Counted from the first letter of the stretch, positions 45,711-55,736 are shown. The stretch: 57,731 nt of DNA from Acidobacteriota bacterium (GCA_019241535.1 JAFAWX010000145.1:1-57731), one strand, 5' to 3'. Program-made: numbers and translations. Notes: generated by a model not told the origin, from the sequence alone.

Positions 45711-46453
45711 CGATTACTACCAGCATTCCCCGCAAGACGCAGGACGAACCCTCACCAAACCTGGAATCGATTCTCATGCTGGCCTCCGGGGCTGCCCTGG
45801 CAGGTCTCGGTATATGGCGGCGAGGCTGGACGGGTGCGGCCCTGGCCGGCGGCGGAGCCTGCCTGCTGTATGGGGCGGCGACGGGGTTCAGGCGTCCTTA
45901 CCAGGGTCGTGTCCGCGTCGCGGTTACCATCGTGAAGGATAGCGAGGAGATTTATTCCTTCCTGAGCAATCCCGGCAACTGGGCGCCTTTCCTCCATGCC
46001 ATTGAACTCGAGAATCGGGGAGCAGGGCGACTGTCGCTGCGCTTTGGCAACCCCCCAGGCATCGATTTCGAGTCGCAGATTGAAATCACCGATCACAAGC
46101 CGGCTGACTACGTTGCTTGGGCCTCTGACCATGCAATGCTGTCCCACCGCGGAGTTATGCGCTTCAAGAAAGCTCCCGGGGACCGCGGGACCGAGGTCAG
46201 CGTGGCGCTAGAATACAACGCTCCCGCCGGCCCGGTCGCGCATGCTCTCGCCGCGCTCGTAGGATGGCACCCCGAACAGGTAGTGCGCGAGAGCCTGCGC
46301 CATCTCAAGCAGTTGCTCGAGGCAGGAGAGATTCCCACGACCGAAGGGCAGCCGGTCGGCGCCCGCGGAGTCAAAGGTGCGGCTTTGCGCGTGCTCCATC
46401 GCGAGCCCCCCCGCGAAGCAATACCGGCCCCATTACGCGCTACCGGCGATTGA
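45707..46453 (+). CDS. Membrane-anchored SRPBCC (cyclase/dehydrase-like) domain protein
   Basis: ATGA overlap with the SDR stop; N-terminal Gly/Ala-rich TM hairpin; SRPBCC-like core [26 protein letters not shown]. Confidence 0.55.
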   Translation: MTITTSIPRKTQDEPSPNLESILMLASGAALAGLGIWRRGWTGAALAGGGACLLYGAATGFRRPYQGRVRVAVTIVKDSEEIYSFLSNPGNWAPFLHAIELENRGAGRLSLRFGNPPGIDFESQIEITDHKPADYVAWASDHAMLSHRGVMRFKKAPGDRGTEVSVALEYNAPAGPVAHALAALVGWHPEQVVRESLRHLKQLLEAGEIPTTEGQPVGARGVKGAALRVLHREPPREAIPAPLRATGD

Positions 46454-46464
46454 GAGGAGAAACT

Positions 46465-47655
46465 GTGAAAGCACTGTGTTGGCAGGGAAAAAATCGGGTA
46501 CGGATCGAGCAGGTCGATGATCCGCGCATAATTAATGACCGGGACGCCATCGTACGCGTCACCCGAACCGCGATTTGCGGTTCCGATCTTCACCTCTTCG
46601 ACGGATATATTCCCACAATGGAGCCGGGAGACATTCTGGGCCACGAATTTATGGGCGAAGTGGTAGAAGTCGGGCCGGAGGTGAGGAAACTGAAGCGTGG
46701 GGACCGAGTGGTCATGCCGTTCACGATTGCTTGTGGGCAGTGTTACTACTGCAAGAACGATCTATGGTCGGCTTGTGACAACACCAATCCGAACGCCTGG
46801 ATGATGGAGAAGATGTATGGTTTTTCCGGCTCGGCGCTGTTCGGTTATTCGCACATGATGGGAGGGTACGCAGGCGGGCAGGCGCAATTTGCCCGCGTTC
46901 CCTTTGCTGACGTTGGTCCTATTAAGGTTCCCGAAGGCCTTCCCGACGATCAAGTCCTGTTTCTGTCCGATATTTTTCCCACCGGTTTCATGGCGGCCGA
47001 AAACTGCGACATCAAACCCGGTCAGGTGGTGGCGGTTTGGGGTTGCGGCCCAGTCGGGCAATTCGCGATTCGTAGCGCTTTTCTGCTTGGCGCCGAACGA
47101 GTCATTGCCATCGATCGGTATGCCGAGAGACTGAAGATGGCCAGAGCCGGAGGAGCAGAGATCATCAACTACCAAGAGGTTGATGACCTAGTCGAGGAAT
47201 TGAAATGGGTAACCGGGGGACGCGGGCCCGATGCGGTCATTGATGCTGTGGGACTGGAAGCGCACGGGACCGGTATTATGGCGTTCTACGATTATTCCCG
47301 CCAACGAATGAAAGTCTCCTTCGACCGCCCCATGGTGCTGCGGCAGGCCATTCAAGCATGCGCCAAGGGTGGCGTCGTCTCCATTCCCGGTGTATACGGT
47401 GGAATTCTGGACAAGCTGCCGTTCGGCTCCGCCTTTGGCAAGGGATTGATCTTCAAGATGGGACAGACCCATGTGCACCGTTACCGGCAGACACTCATGG
47501 AGAAGATTCAGGCCGGGGCTATCGACCCCAGTTTCGTGATCACTCATCGCCTGTCTCTCGACGACGCTCCGGAGGCTTATTTCACATTCCGAGACAAGCA
47601 GGATCAGTGCATCAAGGTTGTCCTCGATCCCTGGCAGGAGGCCAGGGCCGCATAA
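46465..47655 (+). CDS. Zinc-dependent alcohol/formaldehyde dehydrogenase family (MDR)
   Basis: [51 protein letters not shown] Shine-Dalgarno before the GTG at 46465. Confidence 0.8.
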   Translation: MKALCWQGKNRVRIEQVDDPRIINDRDAIVRVTRTAICGSDLHLFDGYIPTMEPGDILGHEFMGEVVEVGPEVRKLKRGDRVVMPFTIACGQCYYCKNDLWSACDNTNPNAWMMEKMYGFSGSALFGYSHMMGGYAGGQAQFARVPFADVGPIKVPEGLPDDQVLFLSDIFPTGFMAAENCDIKPGQVVAVWGCGPVGQFAIRSAFLLGAERVIAIDRYAERLKMARAGGAEIINYQEVDDLVEELKWVTGGRGPDAVIDAVGLEAHGTGIMAFYDYSRQRMKVSFDRPMVLRQAIQACAKGGVVSIPGVYGGILDKLPFGSAFGKGLIFKMGQTHVHRYRQTLMEKIQAGAIDPSFVITHRLSLDDAPEAYFTFRDKQDQCIKVVLDPWQEARAA

Positions 47656-47727
47656 TAACCGGTCATTCATCTTGGAATCGCAACCCGGGCAAACTCGTCT
47701 GTTATAATGCCTCTGAAGGAGATATTC

Positions 47728-48105
47728 ATGGCTACAACCACCACGCCCGAGATTAAGCCGCAGGAGCCTATCAAGAAGACGCCCATAATGCTGACCCCCA
47801 CCGCCATCGTCAAGGTTAAAGAGATTATGGGACAGCAGAATCCGACGCCGGCAGGTCTGCGCGTGGGAGTAGTCGGCGGGGGCTGCTCGGGCTTTTCCTA
47901 CTCCATGTCGTTTGAGAACAATGCCGGCCTCATGGACAAAGTCTTTGACATGGACGGGCTCAAAGTCTATGTCGACGCAACTTCGCTGACTTACCTGAAC
48001 GGTTGTACCGTCGATTACATTGAGAGTCTCGAAGGAGCGGGCTTTAAGTTCGATAATCCGCAAGTCAAAAGTACGTGCGGGTGCGGTTCGTCATTCAGCG
48101 TCTAG
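47728..48105 (+). CDS. Iron-sulfur cluster insertion/assembly protein, HesB/IscA/ErpA family
   Basis: GGGCSGFSYSM and C-terminal CGCGSSF. GAAGGAG Shine-Dalgarno 6 nt before the ATG at 47728. Confidence 0.85.
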   Translation: MATTTTPEIKPQEPIKKTPIMLTPTAIVKVKEIMGQQNPTPAGLRVGVVGGGCSGFSYSMSFENNAGLMDKVFDMDGLKVYVDATSLTYLNGCTVDYIESLEGAGFKFDNPQVKSTCGCGSSFSV

Positions 48106-48127
48106 TTCTCCAAAGTTTTCTCACAGT

Positions 48128-48152
48128 GGGCCCTCTAGTGAGGGCCCTTGTC
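48128..48152 (+). terminator. Rho-independent terminator after the IscA-family gene
   Basis: Perfect 8-bp GC-rich stem GGGCCCTC/GAGGGCCC (48128-48135 / 48140-48147) with 4-nt loop, followed by a T-containing tail TTGTCATAT. Confidence 0.6.
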
Positions 48153-48314
48153 ATATCCGATTAATAGTCCGAGACAGTCGGAATAACCTCACATAGAAGC
48201 ACCTAGTAAGTAATGGCGTAATGACAGGTACACTATCCTCCTAGGTAGATGGCAAGGATCTTCGCTCAGCTATACAATAGGTCCCGCGTTTCCAGACTGA
48301 GAGGAAAAGAAAAA

Positions 48315-48677
48315 ATGGCTAACCTAAAAAGCGCGCTCAACCAACTTCGAGAAGAGCGAAAGCAGGCGCACTCACAAATAGAAAGGTTGAATTCAGCAAT
48401 TGCCGTACTTGAAGGATTGACCGGACGAAACAGCAGCGGGAATTCCCACTCTGGCCGGCGTGGGCGGACTATTTCGGCTTCTGCGCGGCGCCGCATGGCC
48501 GAGGCGCAGAAGGCGCGATGGGCGAAAGTGCGAGGGCGCTCGCGATCGGCGGGGAAAAAGGGAGTGAAGTCCTCCGGCAAGCGCAGACTGTCGGCGGCGG
48601 CGCGGCGCAAAATCGCCGATGCGCAGCGAGCCCGATGGGCGCGGGTACGCGCCCAGCAAGCCAAGAAAGCGGCGTAA
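48315..48677 (+). CDS. Small basic protein: N-terminal coiled coil plus two copies of an ARRxxAxAQxARWAxVR motif
   Basis: ATG at 48315 behind GAGAGGAAAAG. Internal repeat SASARRRMAEAQKARWAKVRG / SAAARRKIADAQRARWARVRA. Confidence 0.5.
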   Translation: MANLKSALNQLREERKQAHSQIERLNSAIAVLEGLTGRNSSGNSHSGRRGRTISASARRRMAEAQKARWAKVRGRSRSAGKKGVKSSGKRRLSAAARRKIADAQRARWARVRAQQAKKAA

Positions 48678-49100
48678 TCGTATACTGCGTCACCGTGCGA
48701 GGAGAGAGACAAGCGCTTGCCCGTCGTTTGAACCTCCAAAACCACCGCCGGAACCAGACATAATGAAATCGGTGGGACGTGCTCCCCGGCACTGCCGGTC
48801 AGGAATGTTTCGGGCGCTTGGCGCAGCTACTGACCGAACTCCGATCACGTAAACTTCGACAACTTGATTGCGCTTCAAGCTGATCTACGAGGTTGCGGCC
48901 CTTAAGCCTTGAGCTTGTCTCGGCTGTCGTGACCCACAGTCGCTGTCCACCTACCGGCGTCATCTGACTGTCGCTTCCTCAAGCGTGTCTGTTCCTCCCG
49001 ACCGTTTCTTAAGACTTCAGTTGATTTTGCATAAATGGCATGGAGCAGAGGATTGGATTGTCTCCCCGACTGGCAATGCCCTGGACCGGCAACGCTTGCA

Positions 49101-49117
49101 GGAAAATTTCATTTTCC
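49101..49117. promoter_or_regulatory. Perfect 7-3-7 palindrome GGAAAAT-TTC-ATTTTCC in the leader of the DUF4331 gene (possible operator)
   Basis: Read directly from the sequence. Lies ~130 nt upstream of the ATG at 49247 within a ~570-nt non-coding stretch. Confidence 0.25.
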
Positions 49118-49246
49118 GAAATCCAGCGGGAGCGTTCCTGCGTACTTGAGTTCGAGACGGGTTCAATCGTGCCGGGGCGGCCTCACGCCGTCGCCGGGGA
49201 TGTGCGACGGGCGACGTCCACTCATTCCAATCTGAAAGGAAATCCG

Positions 49247-50737
49247 ATGAAGCCACTGATAGCAGGTGCTGCAATCCTCCTGATGCTCATGTTGGCAGCC
49301 GCCAACCTGAGTGCGTCCAGTCATCGCGAGGCACCGATTTCCGCCCTGGATCGCGGCGCGGACGTAACCGACTGGTATGCCTTTGTAAGTTACGATCATC
49401 CTGACCGCGTCACCATGATTCTCAACGTCGACGGATTGCTCGAGCCCGCAAACGGGCCCAACTACTTTCCCTTTGATCCGAACGTTCTCTACGAGATGAA
49501 GGTTGATAACGATCACGACGGAGTCGAGGACATCACCTTCCAATTCCGTTTCCGTACGGAGATTCGCCAACCGGGCGTGTTTACCGGCTTTGTCGGCAGC
49601 ATCGGAGGGTTTCCTCCGATTACGGCTCTTGATGGACCCGGCTCGGAAGGCTTAAGCCTGCGCCAGAGCTATTCGGTGACTATGGTCAGAAAGGGGGTAG
49701 CTTCGGATCTTACGAGCGGCCGAATACTGTTTGCCGTACCTTCAAATGCCGGCCCGCTCACCATGCCTGACTATCAGGAGCTGTTCAAGCAGGGAATTTA
49801 CGAGCTGGGAAACGGTATCCGGGTTTTTGCCGGAACGGTGGATGATCCCTTCTATATCGATCTGGGCGCCGCCTTCGATTCCTTAAACTTCCGCATGGGT
49901 GTAGGCGGCATCTTGACCCCTGCGGTGGATGCAGATGACACCCATAACTACGCGCCAGATGCGGTGGCTGGCTTCAATGTGAACTCTATCGTCCTCGAGG
50001 TGCCGATCAGCATGCTCACCGCCGACGGCCGGATTCATCCGGCCGGCGACAAGAATGCAGTGATCGGGACCTATGGAGCCACGTACCGGCAACGGGTCAC
50101 CGTCCGCCGCGTCGGCGCAAACAGCGACAGAGAAAGCGAGTGGCGCCAGGTGAACCGCGAAGGGAATCCTTTGATCAATGAACTGATTATCGGAACCGGT
50201 TCGAAGGATCGATTCAGCGTAGATGATCCCGCAAACGACGGTCAGTTCGCCAGCTTCTTCCTTGATCCGCTTCTGGCGAAGCTCTACGCCTCCATCTTGG
50301 GGATTCCCGTGCCGCCGGCGCCCCGTACCGACCTGCTTCCCCTCGTCCAGTACGTGGCTCCGATCTGCCCGGGGTGCAGCAGCAAAGACGCCGGCCCCAT
50401 CGCCGACCTGCTGCGACTCAATACCGGTATTGCGCCCACTCCCGTCGGTCAGCAAAAGCGCCTGGGCTTCCTGGCCGGCGATCTTGCCGGATTTCCGCAA
50501 GGACGGCGTCCGCTTGATGACGTGGTGGATATTGCATCGCGGGCTCTGGCCGGCATCCTCGCTGATCCCATCAAATTCGGCGCGCCTATCGGCGATGGCG
50601 TCAACATCAATGAAGATGGTTATGGAACGAGCTTTCCCTACGTACTGCCCGCACACAGTGGTCGCAATAGCCATCATACGGGGCCCGGGCAGGAAGGGTG
50701 CAGTGGTCAGCCGGGTGGAATCTGTCCCGTCAATTAG
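49247..50737 (+). CDS. DUF4331 family secreted protein
   Basis: Signal peptide MKPLIAGAAILLMLMLAAANLSA followed directly by the family hallmark SSHREAP; ~500 aa. Confidence 0.75.
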   Translation: MKPLIAGAAILLMLMLAAANLSASSHREAPISALDRGADVTDWYAFVSYDHPDRVTMILNVDGLLEPANGPNYFPFDPNVLYEMKVDNDHDGVEDITFQFRFRTEIRQPGVFTGFVGSIGGFPPITALDGPGSEGLSLRQSYSVTMVRKGVASDLTSGRILFAVPSNAGPLTMPDYQELFKQGIYELGNGIRVFAGTVDDPFYIDLGAAFDSLNFRMGVGGILTPAVDADDTHNYAPDAVAGFNVNSIVLEVPISMLTADGRIHPAGDKNAVIGTYGATYRQRVTVRRVGANSDRESEWRQVNREGNPLINELIIGTGSKDRFSVDDPANDGQFASFFLDPLLAKLYASILGIPVPPAPRTDLLPLVQYVAPICPGCSSKDAGPIADLLRLNTGIAPTPVGQQKRLGFLAGDLAGFPQGRRPLDDVVDIASRALAGILADPIKFGAPIGDGVNINEDGYGTSFPYVLPAHSGRNSHHTGPGQEGCSGQPGGICPVN

Positions 50738-50796
50738 CTCTGGGCCCGTGACCGCCGTCGGGGCGTCACGGGGTTCGTCATGCTTGGAGAAATATC

Positions 50797-52092
50797 ATGT
50801 TGGTCCCGATGGTTCGACGACTGAGTTCATTTGCCACCGTCTTTCTGGCGCTCGCAGCACTCCGAGCGGTATGGGGCGAGACGAAGTTCTCTCCCGCCGA
50901 GCGAAGTATCACCGCGGCTAACCGGCTGATCGAGAACAACCGCAAAAACTTTGGAGCCTACAATGCCCTGGCGCTTGCCCTTTGTCGGCGCGCCCGGGAG
51001 ACCGCGGATGTGAACTACTACAGTCAGGCGGAGGAGGCTTTAGCAAAATCCCTTGCCATTGCTCCGGGTAATTTCGACGGACGCCGGACCGAGATCTGGG
51101 TGCTGCTTGGAAAACATCAGTTTACCGCTGCCCTGGAGCAGGCCAGGAAGCTGAACCGGGAAATGCCGGACGACGTCATGGTTTATGGCTTTCTTACCGA
51201 TGCCAATGTGGAGTTGGGCAACTACCAGGATGCCGAGAAAGCCGCGCAATGGATGCTGGATCTTCGTCCGGGAAATTTGCCTGGGCTGACCCGTGCCGCC
51301 TACTTGCGCGAGTTGTTTGGCGACCCCGCAGGCGCGCTGGAGCTGATGAATATGGCTCTTGAATCAAGCGCCCCGACCGAGGTCGAAGATGCCGCTTGGA
51401 TACTCACTCAGATGGGGCACCTGCAGTTCGGCGAGGGAAGAACCGAGCAGGCGGAGAGATCTCTCGAGCGCGCCCTGACGCTTTTTCCGAGCTATCAGTA
51501 CGCGTTGGGCAATCTGGCCAAAGTAAGAATGCTCGAAAAACGCTACCCCGAAGCTCTTCGCCTGCTGCGAGAGCGGTACGAATCGGCGCCCCGTGCGGAA
51601 AACCTCTTTGATCTGGCCGAGGCGCTGATGCTTGCCGGACAGCGCGAGGAGGGGGAACGGACCTTTGCCGAGTTCGAGGCCAAGTCTCTTCTTGAAACCT
51701 ATCGTGCGGATAATTCCAATCGCCAGCTGATCCTTTATTACTGCGATCATGCCCATCAGCCACGGAGGGCTTTGGAGGTGGCGGAAAGAGAGTTTGCCAG
51801 TAGGCAGGATGTCTATACGCTTGACTCCTATGCTTGGGCTCTCCACCGAAACGGGCAGAATCAGCCAGCTCGCAGAGAAATCGAAAGGGCGCTCGACGTC
51901 GGGGTTCACGATGCAAGATTGTTCCGTCACGCGGGTGAGATTGCGCTCGCAGGAGGCGACCGGGCCGCCGCCGAGAAATACCTTCTCCGGGCAGCAGAAC
52001 TGAACACATTCGATTCCGAGCCGGCGCGATCGATTCTGGCCAATCTGAGGAAAATTCCGGGCAGATCGTTCTCTCCGGAGATACCACAGTAA
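50797..52092 (+). CDS. Secreted TPR-repeat protein (partner of DUF4331 gene)
   Basis: Signal peptide LSSFATVFLALAALRAVWG; multiple TPR-like units (YSQAEEALAKSLAIAPGN, YQDAEKAAQWMLDLRPGN, etc.). Confidence 0.7.
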   Translation: MLVPMVRRLSSFATVFLALAALRAVWGETKFSPAERSITAANRLIENNRKNFGAYNALALALCRRARETADVNYYSQAEEALAKSLAIAPGNFDGRRTEIWVLLGKHQFTAALEQARKLNREMPDDVMVYGFLTDANVELGNYQDAEKAAQWMLDLRPGNLPGLTRAAYLRELFGDPAGALELMNMALESSAPTEVEDAAWILTQMGHLQFGEGRTEQAERSLERALTLFPSYQYALGNLAKVRMLEKRYPEALRLLRERYESAPRAENLFDLAEALMLAGQREEGERTFAEFEAKSLLETYRADNSNRQLILYYCDHAHQPRRALEVAEREFASRQDVYTLDSYAWALHRNGQNQPARREIERALDVGVHDARLFRHAGEIALAGGDRAAAEKYLLRAAELNTFDSEPARSILANLRKIPGRSFSPEIPQ

Positions 52093-52207
52093 GTACCGCG
52101 GCTTTTGCCACCCGGTCTGAGGCCAATGAGGGCGGCACGTTTCCCGAGGAGACCATTGCGCGGGGAGACCGCGAAGCGTGGGTCCCCAGCCGCTTACGTT
52201 TATGCCC

Positions 52208-53140
52208 TCAAGCGGCAGGTGGTTGAGCGAGTTCAAGGTCAGTACGCGGCCAGTGGGCGAGCCTGGCACCGGCTGCGTACGTGGTTTCAAGAAACCGCAG
52301 CAGCTCTGTCTCCGGCTGCGGAGCCCGGCGTACGGCGTCATAGGGCAGGATGAACTCTTTCATGCTCGGATGATAAGAAGCTGGTCCGGGGCTGACCTTC
52401 TGATCGGCAAGACCCGCCGGTTCGGGAGCGGTGTAGGAATAAAACGCCGGTCCATCCATTCCCGGTCCTCCGGGCCACCACCCGGCGCTGATGACCTCGT
52501 GCGAATACGCTTCCCGGGTGACAAAGTCGGCTTCTGGCCTTTCCGGTGCCCGCCGACCGGAGAACCGCGTAACTGCCAGATCGAAGCTCCCCCAGAAAAA
52601 TTGCACCGGACTGCACTTGCCGAGAAAACGTGCGCGAAACTGCTTGAACACCCTGTCTGAAGACAGCAAAATGCGCCAGCAACGATGCGCGGCCTCGGCA
52701 TTGTAGGCCTGATAAAGGCGGTCTTCGGCAAATGGGATGGGATCGGCTACCTCCACCGGCTTGGGAAAAATTGAGACTTCGATATTCAGCAGACGCAATG
52801 TCGACATGAACTCGTTGTAAAAATCGGCAACCGTGCACGGTTCAAGGCCCAGGATTTTCTGCACTCCATCCGAGCGGTTGATGATCATCTTGTGACTGAT
52901 AAAGTCAAACTCGATCTCGAATGCATTCTGCCCGCAGGGAATTGGCGAAGTTGTAAGGCCCCGGGCGGTTACATACAGGGGCACGTTCCACCAATGATTG
53001 ATTTTGGGGGTGAGTGCAAGCCGGACTTTACCAACCATCTGCATCCACATGTGAAGGTTGTGGTACGTAGGCTTCCATTCCTCGAGCGGAAGCGCCGGCC
53101 AGCTCTCGGCCGCGGCGATCGAAGTTGGTGGTTTGCTCAT
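52208..53140 (-). CDS. DUF5996 family protein
   Basis: From the ATG at 53140: ESWPALPLEEWKPTYHNLHMWMQMVGKVRLALTPKINHWWNVPLYVTARGLTTSPIP, then SPVQFFWGSFDLAVTRFSGRRAP and TREAYSHEVISAGWWPG. Confidence 0.7.
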   Translation of the reverse strand: MSKPPTSIAAAESWPALPLEEWKPTYHNLHMWMQMVGKVRLALTPKINHWWNVPLYVTARGLTTSPIPCGQNAFEIEFDFISHKMIINRSDGVQKILGLEPCTVADFYNEFMSTLRLLNIEVSIFPKPVEVADPIPFAEDRLYQAYNAEAAHRCWRILLSSDRVFKQFRARFLGKCSPVQFFWGSFDLAVTRFSGRRAPERPEADFVTREAYSHEVISAGWWPGGPGMDGPAFYSYTAPEPAGLADQKVSPGPASYHPSMKEFILPYDAVRRAPQPETELLRFLETTYAAGARLAHWPRTDLELAQPPAA

Positions 53141-53250
53141 TAGTCGCACTCGTCTGAAGGATCTGCTCAATCTATCATGTCTGCTCACGAAAGCGGGGCG
53201 CCATGCCTGCCAATGATAACGGTGCGAGCTGCAGATATAATCCGGAACCA

Positions 53251-53445
53251 ATGGGAAAATCGTGCGGCATCGAATTGCTGACCAATCAGCCCGTATTTCC
53301 GCTATTTCCTTCGTTAGTTGACGCGGCTCGGGAGGCGCTCAAAAACCCGCTTTTGAGGGCTGCAACCACCGGCGGGGCCGTAGGGATTGTGCCTCTCTCG
53401 ATTGACACGACGGTTGCGCGATTGAAGAAAGGTCGAGCCATATAA
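53251..53445 (+). CDS. Possible small hypothetical protein (64 aa)
   Basis: The only support is the TAATG stop/start overlap with the next gene and moderate third-position GC. No motif recognised. Confidence 0.2.
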   Translation: MGKSCGIELLTNQPVFPLFPSLVDAAREALKNPLLRAATTGGAVGIVPLSIDTTVARLKKGRAI

Positions 53446-53801
53446 TGAAGCAACAAGAACTTGAAGACCATCTCGCTCGCTACCCTGAAATCAAGCTTTC
53501 GGTTACCGGCAGGAAGTCCGGCAAGACAATCTCAATTCCGGTTTGGTTCGTACTGGAAGGGAAAAAGCTGTACCTGCTGCCGGTGCGCGGGTCAGACACG
53601 CAATGGTACCGGAACGTGCTCACAAAGCCGGAGATTCGGATCGATGCCCGGGGCACCGAAGCGAGCCTCAAAGTAAAACCCATCACCGAATCGAGGGCTG
53701 TAGAATCCATAATAGAAAGATTTCGCCATAAATATGGGGCCGGCGACGTGAAAAAATATTATGGCAAGTTCGACGTAGCGGTCGAGGCTCAAATGGAGTA
53801 G
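53445..53801 (+). CDS. DUF385 / deazaflavin-dependent nitroreductase-like small split-barrel protein
   Basis: TGRKSGKTISIPVWFVLEGKKLYLLPVRGSDTQWYRNVLTKPEIRI. Confidence 0.65.
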   Translation: MKQQELEDHLARYPEIKLSVTGRKSGKTISIPVWFVLEGKKLYLLPVRGSDTQWYRNVLTKPEIRIDARGTEASLKVKPITESRAVESIIERFRHKYGAGDVKKYYGKFDVAVEAQME

Positions 53802-53816
53802 GACAGGGAGCTTCTA

Positions 53817-54167
53817 TTGGTCGATGTGACGGTGGCGGAAGGCAAACTGACGCTGCATGTTCGCGGCGTCGATAAGATCTGGGCTTTCAAGAGCACGGTG
53901 GAAATTCCCTTGGTTCACATCGGGGGGGTTCGCTCGGACCCGGAGGTCGCGCGCAGCTGGTGGCATGGCATGAGGCTGCCCGGAACTAATGTGCCGGGAG
54001 TGATCACTGCAGGCACGTTTTACCAGGACGGCAAACGGATCTTCTGGGATGTTCATCGGCCGGAAAAAACCATAGTCATTGACTTGCATGATGAACGCTT
54101 CAATGCTCTGATAGTTGAAGTCGATGATCCCGAGGCGGCAGTTAAGATGATCAGCAATGCATTGTGA
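53817..54167 (+). CDS. Small hypothetical protein (beta-rich, possibly bacterial PH-like)
   Basis: TTG start 6 nt after AGGGAG; sequence GKLTLHVRGVDKIWAFKSTVEIPLVHIGGV...VITAGTFY. No firm family call. Confidence 0.5.
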   Translation: MVDVTVAEGKLTLHVRGVDKIWAFKSTVEIPLVHIGGVRSDPEVARSWWHGMRLPGTNVPGVITAGTFYQDGKRIFWDVHRPEKTIVIDLHDERFNALIVEVDDPEAAVKMISNAL

Positions 54168-54661
54168 ATACGAGGTATCGATTTAGAGATCTGCCGCCGG
54201 TCTGCAGTCGAACCAGCGGCAGGGGAATAGGTTCGAGATTTTCATAGCGGAATCATCCGTTCGCCATTCCCTGCACTTATTGCCGGCCTCCTGCTGGAAA
54301 GCATCGTGTTCTGGTACTCATTACTGAATGGTGAAAGATTCCCACGGCCGTTCGAGGCAGCGCAGCTGAAGTGTGAGTTGATTGGAGAATGTCGCGAGCA
54401 TTGCCATTGACCATTGCCGCGCGTCCCACCTAACATTCCTCCCTGAAACGCGAAATTAAAGCGTGATCGCTTTTCCAGCATTCTCGAGCCGGTGTCGCGG
54501 CCAAACATCCGGGTCAGCTGAGCCCAGGCGGGAAAATGCCGGGCCTGGCCGCTGTAACTAGCGTTGCTGCTTTATATAGCCTCGGTGCTCCTGCCATAAG
54601 GCAATTCATTGTGGCCAGGCTCTGCGGCCCGGCAGCTGGAAATCATGAAGAGAGGCAGGCA

Positions 54662-55051
54662 ATGAGCCGTCAGGCAGGCGTAATCCGCGAGATCGCCGAA
54701 GACGTTTACAAAACCCTGGGCTCGGGGTTTTCCGAAGAGGTGTACGACCGCGCCATGCAGGTGGGACTTCGTCTTGCAAATATTGGCTACGAAGGGCAGA
54801 AAGTGATCGAGCTGAAGTACAAAGAACACTATGTGGGAGAAGGCTACCCCGATCTGGTGGTGCATTTGGGCGATGAAAAGCTGATCGTGGAACTCAAGGC
54901 GATCAGCGGAGAATTAGGCGCCTCGGAGGAACAGCAACTGCGCAACTACATGACGATTCTGAATGTCCAGCGGGGTATGTTGATAAATTTCCAGCAACCA
55001 GGGCGTAAGCAGGGAAAGACTAAGCTGGACATCCGGGAACTGATATTGTGA
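54662..55051 (+). CDS. GxxExxY protein (PD-(D/E)XK nuclease-fold family)
   Basis: GFSEEVY (G-x-x-E-x-x-Y), YPDLVVHLGDEKLIVELKA, GMLINF. Confidence 0.8.
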   Translation: MSRQAGVIREIAEDVYKTLGSGFSEEVYDRAMQVGLRLANIGYEGQKVIELKYKEHYVGEGYPDLVVHLGDEKLIVELKAISGELGASEEQQLRNYMTILNVQRGMLINFQQPGRKQGKTKLDIRELIL

Positions 55052-55193
55052 ACGTGCCGACAACGATCTGTCCGCCATCTTGTGCGGCTCGTTGTTCTTG
55101 GACACGGGTCGTCTGCTCCGAGGTGGTGGTTGAAAATGCGAAACCCACCTCTGACGGCCGTGAATGTTTCCGCTCGTGTCGTCGCTGTCCTGT

Positions 55194-55736
55194 TCAGCGC
55201 TGCTCTTCAGCCGGTTGTCTTGCGGGTTTCTTTGTGAAGACGTGGTAGGTAACTGCGTCCCAGGCATTATGAATGCCGGTGAAAAGCAGCATCAGCGCCG
55301 CCACCCCGACTGCAAACAGCGCTCCGTCGGCATGCGAGCCAGCCCAACCGGCCGATCCTGCCAGCATTCCGTAGGCGGCGAAGGGGAGCAGAACATGAAA
55401 CAACCAGTCCTCAAACACTGGGGTGTAAAGGGTTTGAATGCGCATTCGGCGAACCACGATGATCTCATATACGACGCCACTCAGCCCTAGTATTCCCCAA
55501 AACATTGCAGCCTGGCGAACACTTCCCCAGGGAGCGCTGAGCATGCCTGCGAGCAGCAGCACGGCAGCGAAGTGAACGATCGTTGGCGTAGCAAAGGCAG
55601 CGCCCGCCTGCGGCTGGCCTCGCACGGCGGGCATAGTGGCAATAAGGGTCATGACCACGAACTGCAATCCGATTAGCGCGCCGGCGGACGAGCCAACAAT
55701 AACGTAGAAATTCTGCCAGGCTGCAAGTGCGGTCAT
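55194..55736 (-). CDS. Integral membrane protein of unknown function (5-6 TM)
   Basis: GGAGG Shine-Dalgarno 8 nt before the ATG at 55736; hydrophobic segments throughout (FYVIVGSSAGALIGLQFVVMTLIA ...). Confidence 0.55.
   Translation of the reverse strand: MTALAAWQNFYVIVGSSAGALIGLQFVVMTLIATMPAVRGQPQAGAAFATPTIVHFAAVLLLAGMLSAPWGSVRQAAMFWGILGLSGVVYEIIVVRRMRIQTLYTPVFEDWLFHVLLPFAAYGMLAGSAGWAGSHADGALFAVGVAALMLLFTGIHNAWDAVTYHVFTKKPARQPAEEQR

Noticed and set aside
47188-52341. Antisense ORFs of 291 aa (opposite the ADH and IscA-family genes), 264 aa (opposite DUF4331), and 325 aa and 250 aa (opposite the TPR gene).
   Set aside because: Same reasoning. The sense-strand products have strong motifs and these do not.
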